Below are positions 11,769 to 22,280 of a DNA stretch of 64,000 nt, one piece after another. Both the position numbers and the translations under genes were made by a program. The stretch is from Octopus vulgaris. Taxonomy: Eukaryota. Position 1 is the first letter of the stretch. Each line of letters starts with the position of its first letter. Below the pieces are notes generated by a model. It saw only the letters and a program-made list of their open reading frames with translations. It was not told the origin of the DNA and made no database searches. The stretch covers positions 31,930,001 to 31,994,000 of the forward strand of contig OX597830.1 of NCBI GenBank assembly GCA_951406725.2, read 5' to 3'.

Positions 11769-12328
11769 CATACATATATATATATATTTATATATATATA
11801 TATATATACAAATATATATATATATATATTTATACATACATGCATATATGGGTACAGGACGTCACCAACAGTGCAAATAACATGAAATGCGTAAACAAAT
11901 GAGGGAAAAATGGGTGATATATATATATATATACACACACATACACACAAACACAATGTATGGATGTATATGTATGTAGGTATTGAGTTATGTATACATA
12001 GGGAGGGAGACCCTGAGAGAGCTTGAGAGCAAGAGACAGACAGAGATGGTACAATGATATAGTTTACTACTGTCTGTTATAACTGTTTTTTTTAATGTGT
12101 GTGTGTGTGTGTATCATGAAGAAAATCTCTTGAAAACAATCTAGTACAAAAAAAAAAAAAGAAGAAAATAAACAGAGAAGAAGTAAATAAGAAAACTAGT
12201 AAAACATATCTCAAAACAAACCATGTCCCAAAAAATTATGATTAAAAGCTTGGGGCAGTTTAAATCTAGTTGGTGACCTTTATTGGGGGAAAAGGTCAGT
12301 GACAATTGCTTAGATAAAAGGTTGTCAA

Positions 12329-12415
<87 letters not shown>

Positions 12416-12471
12416 AACAAAATCGAGTGAAAAATTCCACCCAAGACACAATAGATCAAAATAAAATTCCT

Positions 12472-12502
<31 letters not shown>

Positions 12503-12588
12503 CTGTGTGTTTGTGTGGTTTTCCATGTGTGTGTCTTGTGTGTATATGTGTGTGTGCGTGTGTTTATGTGGTTTTCCGTGTGTGTGTC

Positions 12589-12637
<49 letters not shown>

Positions 12638-13034
12638 TGCATACATATATATATATATACACTCGTGTTTGGTTTACTGAGAAGAGAAAGAATACTCTGT
12701 ATGTGATGCAGATTATATATATATATATATATTTTTTTTTTTTTTCGGTACTTGAGAATTCAAAAGTTACTGAAGAAACTAGAGTAACAACTGTGTTACT
12801 TTCTGCTAGTAAATAACCCTCACCCTACTCCCACCCTGCTACACACACACACACACACACACACTCAAATACACTTGTATATATGATATTATGCTATTTC
12901 TAGCAAATTAAATGGCCTTGAAGTTGCCACTGTTGATATCTATTGTTTTTTTTGTCTGTTTAGACCCAGTTAAGGTTTACATTTTTTGCCAGAAAATTCT
13001 AGCCTGATACACCAGCCAATGTGTTCTTTTCGTT

Positions 13035-13191
13035 TTATTTACATTATTTACATTTAACAGATATTTGTCCTCATCTTGTTTGTTGTTAATACGTTTCGGT
13101 TGATATATCCTCCAACCTTCATCAGGTGTCTTGGGGAAATTTCCAACCCGAGTTCTCATTCCTCAGGTAATTTTCAATGTTGTTGTTATTA

Positions 13192-13235
<44 letters not shown>

Positions 13236-13440
13236 GTTATTATTATTATTATCATTATTGAGTGGCTGTATGGTAAGTAGCTTGCTTACCAACCACATGG
13301 TTCTGGCGGGTTCAGTCCCACTGCACGGCACCTTGGGCAAGTGTCTTCTACTATAGCCTCAGGCCAACCAAAGCCTTGTGAGTGGATTTGGTAGACGGAA
13401 ACTGAAAGAACCCCATTGTATATATATGTGTGTGTGTGTT

Positions 13441-13477
<37 letters not shown>

Positions 13478-13796
13478 TTGTGTGTCTGTGTTTGTCCTCC
13501 TAGCATCGCTTGACAACTGATGCTGGTGTGTTTACATCCTCGTCACTTAGCAGTTCGGCAAGAGAGACCAATAGGATAAGTACTAGGTTTACAAAGAGTA
13601 AGTCCTGGGGTTGATTTGCTCGACTAAAAGTGGTGCTCTAGCATGGCCACAGTCAAATGACTGAACCAAATAAAAGAATAAAAAAAGAATTATTATTATT
13701 ATTATTATCATTAATATTATTCAGGTCACTACCTGGAATTGAACTCAGCATCTTGGGGTTAGTAGCCTGGGATCTTAACCACTACATCATATGCCC
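13035..13796 (-). mobile_element. tRNA-head/(AAT)n/hammerhead-tail element, minus copy (SINE A nested in the linker)
   Basis: Head 13722-13796 (gggcatatgatgtagtggttaag...gagttcaattccagg); body 13035-13180 with acac-CTGATGA-aggttg..caacc-GAAA-cgta. Same layout as 55168-55454. Confidence 0.8.
13259..13688 (+). mobile_element. SINE family A, near full length
   Basis: Head to tail present; inserted in an (ATT)n tract. Confidence 0.9.
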
Positions 13797-13851
13797 ACGG
13801 GCATATGGCATAGTGGTTAATAATAATATTAATAATAATAATAATGATAAT

Positions 13852-13928
<77 letters not shown>

Positions 13929-13930
<2 letters not shown>

Positions 13931-14239
13931 GCAAAAGGGGCTGATTGCTACCTAGCTCAGATACCAGAAAACACCAAAATAGCAGAAATTCAAAAGATAA
14001 TGCTCATGTGAACTGCCCATATCCTACGCAAAATACTTTCTATGTAATCTCAAGTTTTAAAACAAACATAATTTTCTTATGGTTTCTTAAACATTCTCTG
14101 GGACAACACTATGTGCAAAACCAAATATATGGCACCCTAGGCATAGCACTAACATGAACTTCTAACTTGTTGTCTCTTGGGGTCTCTGGGTGAGACTTGG
14201 AACCAACTTGTACAAATGTAAAGCAAAAGTCAAACACAA

Positions 14240-14245
<6 letters not shown>
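13929..14245 (+). mobile_element. R4/Dong-type non-LTR retrotransposon 3' end in (TAA)n
   Basis: Translates AKGADCYLAQIPENTKIAEIQKIMLM*TAHILRKILSM*, matching the R4-clade C-terminus QK..L.GTA.ILRK. Then a 3' UTR and (AAT)n. Confidence 0.7.
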
Positions 14246-14277
<32 letters not shown>

Positions 14278-14279
<2 letters not shown>

Positions 14280-14826
14280 GCCCTGATGCAGTACCAGGCA
14301 GTGGCTCTCATGACTTCTGATCTTAACTGATTGGAAGTGTTATTATTTTGTCTTGGTATAAAAGATGGGCTACAGCAAATATTCTGCTCAATACCACAGA
14401 TTTACTTGTCAGTTGTTTGACCTTAACCACTTGAGCATGTCCCTTAGTGGCTGACAATATGTGCATCTCTGATCACGAGCGTAAGTAGTGGGGGAGCATC
14501 ATAGCCATGTGTTGAGAGGGATTCTTGGGGGTTTGAATAATTTACCTCTGGAAACATGGGTGGTTCTTTCAACATCCTTAAACAACCCTTATTCAAGGAC
14601 CTTTTGAGCGGGATGGGTTACTCGACCAGAAGAAAATTCTAACTGGTCCCCACCGGCAAGGTCATGTGCTGTTTATCTTGATATGAGATCACCATGTCGC
14701 GCACATATGGTTGTGATGCATGTTCCTGGTGTACCCTTATCAGACGGGTAGTCATGATGGGTATACTGGGCTTCGTATATTTTACCCCAGTCTCACTTTG
14801 ATGGCATGCACTGCTCTCTCACTCAA
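14278..14826 (+). mobile_element. Unclassified ~550-bp insertion bounded by (AAT)n
   Basis: Complex-sequence block precisely flanked by TAA repeats; no ORF; orientation inferred. Confidence 0.5.
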
Positions 14827-14996
14827 TAGTAATAATAATAATATCATCGAAAAATACCTTAGGAATGAGAACTCAGGTTCGAAATTTCCCCAAGACACTT
14901 GATGAAGGCTGGAGGAGATATCAGTCGAAACGTGTTAACAACAAACAAAAAGGAGGACAAATATCGTCAAATGTAAATAATGTAAATAATGTAAAT
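14827..14996 (+). mobile_element. Hammerhead-tail body, plus copy of the element at 13035-13796
   Basis: catcgaaaaataccttaggaatgagaactcaggttcgaaatttccccaagacac-TTGATGA-aggctg..cagtc-GAAA-cgtgtt...(aatgtaaat)n. Reverse complement of 13035-13180. Confidence 0.8.
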
Positions 14997-15074
14997 GGAC
15001 AAAATGTTGCTAAGCATTTTGCTCAGGATACTATCGATTCTGCCAGCTCATCAGTTTTCTTTGTAATAAATAAT

Positions 15075-15270
15075 AGCTTCAAATTTTGGCACAAGGCCAG
15101 CGATTTCAGGGGATGGGGTCATTTGATACTGTCGACCCCAGTACTCAACTGATACCTACTCTAGTGAACCTGAAAAGATGAAAGAAAAGTCAACCTTGGT
15201 GGAATTTGAACTCGGAATGTAAAGATAGACAAAATACTGCTAAGCATTTTGTCTACTGTGCTAACAATTC
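15075..15270 (-). mobile_element. SINE family B, degenerate
   Basis: gatgaaagaaaagtcaaccttggtggaatttgaactc matches the family B reverse complement. Confidence 0.75.
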
Positions 15271-16045
15271 TAGTAATAATAATGGACTGATATGATTGAG
15301 TGTTGCTTTTGGATGTTGGTGATTTGACATGACTGGACATTGAACCTGTGCTGGGGTCACAACACTAGTGCAGCTAGAGTGTGTGCTGCATGGAGCATCC
15401 CTTCTGTTTGCTGCCTTTGGACACCCACGAAAAACACATATTGCCTACAGCAGACCCAAAATAGTCCCACCCCTTTAAAAGCGCTACCTGGGGGAAAACC
15501 GTCCCTACTGCCTCCTCCCCCCTACCACAGCTAAGCTAGTGGGTCACAGTATTTTTTGTCACTGACTGGAAACACACAAGCACACACATGCAGACACAGA
15601 CACACACACATACAGATCGAGAGAGTGAGAGAGGGAGAGGGAGAGGGAGGGGAAGAGGGATATTGTAATTTATTATTTGAATATGATTGACGCAGAAATA
15701 GTTCTCCTTTCCTCAAGTGCATAGAAGGAAATATACTCACACACTTAGACAGTGAGAGATAAGAGTGGGCGAGAGAATGAGAGAAGCATTAAAACGTCCA
15801 CGGTCAAATTGGTCAGCATTGAATTAGTGATACTGTTGTGTAAGTAAGACACTGAATCTATGCTGGAGTCCATTGTGTGTGTGTGTGTGTGCATGTGTGT
15901 ACATGTGGGTGTGTATCACTGTATGGTTCATTTGGCAGCATGTGTCTTCCACTATAGCCTCAAGCTGACCAAAGCCTTGTGATTGGATTTGGCAGATGCA
16001 AAATTGAAAGGAGCCCATCATATATATATGTATATATATATATAT

Positions 16046-16295
16046 TTTTTTTCCTGGTGAAGGCTGGTTTAAGGGGTTACCCTGGATTTCCTGTCCATAA
16101 TGGGTTTAACTTTATGGCATATTATCAGACCCCAAGACCTGTTGGCCTATGACCTCTTTGAAATAAAGGGGTCTTTATTTTAAAGAGATCTTGGGGCCAA
16201 CAGGTCTTGGGGGTCTGACAATATGCCATAAGGTTCAACCCTTTATGGATGGAGAATTCAGAGTAACCCCATAAACCAGCCTTCACCAGGAAAAA
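16046..16295. mobile_element. PLE-like fold-back element (~120-bp arms) with decayed HHR motifs, in the microsatellite of a SINE A
   Basis: tttcctggtgaaggctggttta...taaaccagccttcaccaggaaa. The minus arm carries ggggt-CTGATAA...GAAA-tccaggg-TA-acccc; the plus arm has CTGACAA and a more degenerate GAAA box. Confidence 0.7.
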
Positions 16296-16358
16296 TATAT
16301 AGACTGCTCTACTTCTTGGAGTGCGCTTTTTCTCTGGGTTTATGTTTTTCTAAAAACG

Positions 16359-16401
<43 letters not shown>

Positions 16402-16435
16402 CACACACACACACACACATACATATATGTACATA

Positions 16436-16564
16436 TCCCACTGTGTGGTACCTTTGGTGAGTATTTTCTAGTATAGCCTCAGGCTGACCAAAACCTTTTG
16501 AGCAGATTTGGTCGAGGGAAACTGTAAGAAGCCCATTGTATATATGTATAAGTATATATATATA

Positions 16565-16627
<63 letters not shown>

Positions 16628-16860
16628 ATGTGTGTGTATGTGCCTTTGTGTCTATGTTTGTTCTCCTATCATTGCCTGACAACTGGTGTCGATGTGTTTA
16701 CATTCCCATAACTTAGCAGTTTGGCAAAAGAGGCTGACAGAGTAAGTGCTAGTCTTAGAAAGCAAGTCCAGGGATAGATTTGTTCGACTAAAAACTTTCA
16801 AAGCATTGCTCCAGCATGGCCACATTCAAATGATTGAAGCAAATAAAAGAATAAAAGAAT
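16436..16860 (+). mobile_element. SINE family A
   Basis: Homology to other family A copies. Confidence 0.85.
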
Positions 16861-17102
16861 ATATATACATATATGTGACCAGACTGGAGCAATCTCGGGT
16901 ATAACCAGCAGAAATTGCAAAGATAATCTGGAACTCTACTGAGGAAAGAAAACTCCAAATGACTTGTCCTTGTTTTCTTTGTATCATCAATCTGGATGTT
17001 TTGTTGTCAAATTTTTTGTATCACCTAACTGTCTGGATGTTTTGCGTTCTTGTCCCATTTTGTATTTTTATATATATATATATGTGTGTGTGTATATCTA
17101 TG

Positions 17103-17158
<56 letters not shown>

Positions 17159-17350
17159 ATATATATATATAATGTATGTATGTATGTATATATATATATC
17201 TATCTATCTAAAAAACGAAGAAGGCTATGTATATATATATATATATATATACATAATTTTAAAATTTTTAGAGAGAGAGAGAGAGATGGAATTATCGATA
17301 GATAGATAGATATACATACGTACATACATTTAGAAGACATATATATGCAT

Positions 17351-17381
<31 letters not shown>

Positions 17382-17396
17382 AATAGATATATACAT

Positions 17397-17447
<51 letters not shown>

Positions 17448-17459
17448 CAAATACAAATA

Positions 17460-17917
17460 TATCTGTGTGTGTAAGTCTTTGTGAATGTGTTTGTTCCTCT
17501 CCAATATTTGACAACTGGTGTTGGTGTGTTTACATCCTTGTAATTTAGTGATTTGGTAAAATGAGACCAATAAAAATAAGTACTATGCTTTACAAAACCA
17601 CAAGCACTGGGGTCAATTTATTTGACTAAAAGCTCTTCAAGGTGGTGCCCCAGCATGGCTGCAATCTAATGACTGAAACAAGTCAAAAAAACAAAATAAA
17701 AGATATATGTCCATGTATATGTACATAAGCGTAGGAGTGGCCATGTGGTAAGTAGCTTGCTTACCAACCACATGGTTCCTGGTTCAGTCTCACTGCATAG
17801 CGCCTTGGGCTAGTGTCTTCTACTATAACCTCAGACCAACCAAAGCCTTGTAAGTGGATTTTGTAAACGGAAACTGAAAGAAGCCCATCGTATATATATA
17901 TATGTATATATATATAT

Positions 17918-17950
<33 letters not shown>

Positions 17951-17951
17951 G

Positions 17952-18002
<51 letters not shown>

Positions 18003-18138
18003 GGAGAATTCAGAATAAAAATCAGAGAAGACATGGTGGTGTGGACAACAAACAGATGTATTAGTATAATTGACTAGAGGCGGTGCTCCAGCATGGCCGC
18101 AGTCAAATGACTAAAACAAATAAAATAATAAAAGAATA
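17460..18138 (+). mobile_element. Two tandem SINE family A pieces (3' half 17460-17703; head 17728-17892 plus tail 18070-18138)
   Basis: Homology to family A. An unrelated fragment at 18000-18068 is also seen at 53072-53140. Confidence 0.8.
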
Positions 18139-18310
18139 CACACACACACACGTACACATATATTCCTATTCACATAAACACACATATATACATTCGAGAG
18201 ATAAATAATTGGAGAGAAATACCAAAAAACAAACAATACTAATAAAAAAAAAGAGCATCAACCAAGAGTCAATATAACAACTACAACAACAGCAATTGTA
18301 AATAACAAAA

Positions 18311-18357
<47 letters not shown>

Positions 18358-19024
18358 AATAAAAACAGGAAGAACAACATTCAGAAATGCCTCTTCTGCT
18401 GGTAATTGTTCTGTGGAATTGGAGAAGATGCTAAATGGACTGAAAATGGGTTAATATTCTTTAAAGATCATCAAGAGAAGAATTGTGTACTGGTATTTGT
18501 GATGGCGGTGGTGGTGGTGGTGGTGGTGGTGATGGTGACGGTGGTTGTTGTTGTTGGTAGTGGCGGTGGCGGCTGTGGTGGTGGTGGTGGTGGTGGTGGT
18601 TTTGATGGATTTGGTAGTTGCGGTGCTTGCAATGTTTAGTGACGGTTGTGCTGTATTTTTTTTTTGTTGTGGTGGTCATGCTGGTGTTGGTGGTGATGGT
18701 GCAGTGCTGGAACTTGTATTAGTGATGTTAGTTTGCAGTGGAGGAGGTGGTGGTAGTGGTTGTGGTGGTCAATGTTTAGTGATGGTGTTGGTGATAGTGT
18801 TGGTGTTGTTAGCAGTGGACAATGCTGGTGGTAACGGATGTTCATGTTAAAAGTGTTGCTGACATTCATGATGGAGAGGTGATGTTAGTGATGATGGTGA
18901 TGGTGGTGTTGGTGTTGGTGGTGGTTGTGGTGGTGATAGTGGTGGTGGTGGAGTAGGTCACTATTAGCAAATAGGAGCAGTTGCTATGGTGGTGGTTGCA
19001 ACGTTCAAGGTGATGGTTGAGGCG

Positions 19025-19483
19025 TTAAACGGAATAATGATGCCGGTAGCGATGGGGATGGTGGCGATGGTGGTAGTGATAGTGGTCATCGTGATCGTGG
19101 TGTAAATGGTGGTGATGGTGGTGATGGTTGTAGTAGTGTGGTTGCAGTAGTGGTGGTTGTGGTGGTGGTAGTGGGGCTTCGAAGGGGTAATAGTGGTGGT
19201 GATGGTGGTGGTGGTGATGATTGTGATGGCGGTGGTGGTAATGGTGGTGGTGGTGCCGATGGTGACAGTGGTGATGGTGGTGACGATGGTGATGATGGTG
19301 GTGATGTTGCTCATGGTGGTGATGATGGTGGTGGTGGTGGTGGTGGTGGTGGTGGTGGTGGTGGTAGTGGTAGTGATGGTGGTGTTGGCAGTCAGAGATG
19401 ACCGGTTTTGCTAATGTACAGTACATTTCGGAGTTAGCATTCTGTGCAGTAATTTTTACTTTTGAAGATAAAGATGAAGTGTT
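19025..19483 (-). CDS. Candidate exon with His-rich tail
   Basis: Acceptor tcttgttcatatcatag|. Phase-0 frame NTSSLSSKVKITAQNANSEMYCTLAKPVISDCQHHHH..., continuous with ORF 19025..19426. Most of the length is (CAC/CAT)n. Confidence 0.2.
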   Translation of the reverse strand, partial: NTSSLSSKVKITAQNANSEMYCTLAKPVISDCQHHHHYHYHHHHHHHHHHHHHHHHHEQHHHHHHHRHHHHHCHHRHHHHHYHHRHHNHHHHHHHHHYYPFEAPLPPPQPPLLQPHYYNHHHHHHHLHHDHDDHYHYHHRHHPHRYRHHYSV

Positions 19484-19627
19484 CTATGATATGAACAAGA
19501 TGATTCACTGGAGGGCAACCACATATCTCCCTGACTCCAAGGCACCCATTCATGACCCTTTATCATACTGCAACATCTCATCCTCAAGAATTAATACACC
19601 TTCCTCAGTACTACACCCTTCCTTCTT

Positions 19628-19870
19628 TTGAGGGGCCTTGCCTTGCAAGTTACCAGGTAATCTCACTAGTGCTGGTGCCAGGTAAAAAGCACCCGGGATA
19701 CTCTGTAAAACGGTTGGTATTGGGAAGGGTATTTAGCTGTAGAGACTTCTGCCAAAGAAGACCCTGGAGCACCATGTTGTGCTTGGACTCATCAGGTCCT
19801 TTTAAACCAGCCAACCCTTGTCAGTATGAAACATAGATGCTAAATAAAGATGATGAAGCTGATGACATTA
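19628..19870 (+). mobile_element. RTE-type 3' tail fragment
   Basis: gtaaaaagcaccc...ggttggtattgggaagggtatttagctgtaga...ccaacccttg...gatgatga. Confidence 0.65.
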
Positions 19871-19879
19871 AAAGATATG

Positions 19880-20045
19880 TACGATGGGCTTCTTTAAGCT
19901 TCCGTCTACCAAACTTACTCACGAGACGTCGGTCGGCCTGGAGCTTTAGTAGAAACCAGTTACCCAAGGCGCCATTCAGTGGGACTGAATCCGGAACTAT
20001 GCGCCCAGGCAGCAATTGTCTTACCACACAGTCACACCTGCCCCT
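19880..20045 (-). mobile_element. SINE family A head
   Basis: Reverse complement of the family A 5' part. Confidence 0.8.
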
Positions 20046-21009
20046 ACTACCACTCACAAACACACACATTTAATCTTCCCTCCCCACCGTGACATGAGAT
20101 CTTTTGCCCCCCCCCCCCCATTTATCCCAAACTAATTGTTTAACGACCTGTTTTCACATAATTTTCTTTTGTTGTGATAATCTACTGAAGAGGAAACATA
20201 ATAACATAATTCTTCAAGATCATAGCGGGGGGGGGGGGGCTATAGGGGATGGGGGAGCAGGGAGGTTGTGAAGAATTGGTGTGGGGGGTACTAATTGCAG
20301 TGGTGGTGGTGGTGGGGGGTGCTACTGGAGGTTGGGGTCAGTGGCAAGTTAAGATATTGGTGGTGACGGCGGCGGTAAGAGGTAAGATTTAGGAGATGAT
20401 ATTGTTTGCAGGTGGGGGTGGGGGTCTGAGAGTGGCCGGATTGAAGAACTGGCACTAATGGAAGGTAAGAATTGTGATGAAAGGAGTAATTATGGTGGTG
20501 GAGGTAGGAGGGAGAAATCGTCAGTGGTGGTGGTGGTGGTGGTGATAATGGTGGTGGTGGTGGTGGTGGTGGTGGTGGTGATGGTGGTGGTTGTGGTGGT
20601 AATGGTGATGGTAGTAACGGTGGTGGTGCTGGTGATGGTGGTGCTGGTGATGGTGGTGGAGGTGTGAGGTGAGAATTGTCGGTGGTGGTGGTGGTCGTTG
20701 TCGTTGTCATCATCGTCATTGTCGTTGGGATGGTGGGTGTGGTGTTAGATGTAGTAGTGGGAGGTAAGAATGCTAAGTGGTGGTGACAGAGTTGATTATT
20801 GTGGTGGTCGGAGGAAACAATTGTTGGTGGTGATGCTGGTGTGAGGTAGGAATCGTCAGTGGTGGTGGTGGGGGGGGGGGGGGTAGTGATGGTTGTTATG
20901 TTGGTGGGATGTAAGAATCATCAGAATTGGGGATGGTGGTGATGGTGATATCCATGTATTGGAAGATCCCCTCAACCAATGCCCCCTCCCCTCTCAGAGG
21001 AATTTTTTT

Positions 21010-21303
21010 GTCTTGCAAGTTACTTGGTGACCCTACCAATGCAGGTGCCACTTAAAAAGCATCCAATCCACATTGTAAAGAGGCTGGCATTTGGAAGGAC
21101 ATCCAGCTGTAAAAATCTTGCCAAAACTGCCCTCGCCTTTGCTTGTGCCATGTAAAAAGCACTCAGTCCATTCTGCTGGGTGGCTGGTGTTAGGAAGGGC
21201 ATCCAGCCATAAAAACCCTGCCAACAGTCTTCTGCCTGGCCAGCTTCTGTCAGACCATCCAACCCATGCCAGCATGGAAGGCGGATGTTAAACGATGATG
21301 ATG
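21010..21303 (+). mobile_element. RTE-type 3' tail with internal tandem duplication
   Basis: The aaaaagca...ggaagggcatccagc...tgccaa block occurs twice; (GAT)n tail. Confidence 0.7.
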
Positions 21304-21499
21304 AGGAAGAGGATATATATATGTCATTGTTCAGTTCTATTTTAAGATTTCTTGCCAATAGAGAAAGAGTCGGTTTCTAATCTAGATCCAAGGTTCCTTC
21401 ATAGAAACTTCAACATCAACAACAAGGCATATTCATTTGCATATATGTATGTATATGTGCAGATTTGCATGTTTGGCTTTATGTATGTATTCTCATGCA

Positions 21500-21932
21500 T
21501 CGTCATCATCATCATCATCATCATCATTTAACATCCGCTTCCCATGCTAGCATGGATTGGACAATTTATCTGAGGTCTGGCGAACTAGATGGCTGCACCA
21601 GACTCCAATCTGATCTGGCAGAGTTTCTACAGCTGGATGCCCTTCCTAACGCCAACCACTCTGAGAGTGTAGTGGGTGCTTTTACGTGCCACTACCACGA
21701 GGGCCAGTCAGGCGGTACTAGCAATGACCATGCTCAAATGATGCTTTTTATGTGCCACCTGCACAGGAGCACGTCCAGTGGCACTGGCAACGACCTCACT
21801 TGAATATATTTTCACGTACCACCAGCACAAGTGTTGGTACTTTTTATGTGCCATCAGCACAGAGGCCAACTTGTTGCTCTGGCAACGATCATGCTCGTAT
21901 GGTGCTCTTAGTGCTCCACTAGCATGGATGCC
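21500..21932 (-). mobile_element. RTE-type 3' UTR fragment
   Basis: Reverse complement of the 1205-1768 family. Confidence 0.75.
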
Positions 21933-21944
21933 AAGAGATGTTCA

Positions 21945-22280
21945 TATATATTTAAATGATAAACTTCTGGAAAGTTTTACAGATTTTTACAGTTTGAATA
22001 ATGGATTGGATCTGTAGTCTTCGAATTAGCTTTCTCATTCATGATTTTGAGAAGCCTAATTTCTCAAGATTGGTATTAAGGCAGTGTATTACATATCCAA
22101 GGGCTGCAATAATTACAGGCATAAACCAGAACTTGTAATCTGGATAGAGTAACTGCAGATTTCTCAATAGTTCAGTATAGGTGTTCTCTTTTTCACTGAT
22201 CTTCAGCTTTACGTTAACATCTGCTGGACAGCTAATTTCCACAACTGTGCACAGTTTCTCTTCTCCATCCCAAATCATTA
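21945..22280 (-). mobile_element. R4/Dong-type non-LTR fragment, restriction-like endonuclease domain
   Basis: KYNRSDIMIWDGEEKLCTVVEISCPADVNVKLKISEKENTYTELLRNLQLLYPDY matches the RPD...E...K..KY RLE motif. Confidence 0.8.

Noticed and set aside
12011-12018. ccctgaga (also 60030-60037), like the miR-125 5' end or its target site
   Set aside because: Only 7-8 nt match and no hairpin; better explained as ctctcag|GG acceptor-like sequence or chance.
13722-13796. tRNA gene (also 46924-46995 and 55377-55454)
   Set aside because: A and B boxes are present, but the acceptor stem does not close and each is fused to a repeat body; these are SINE heads.
16930-16970. CTGAGGA...CAAA hammerhead-like string in a TA-embedded element
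   Set aside because: No GAAA, and stems I and III cannot be drawn; needs a family consensus.
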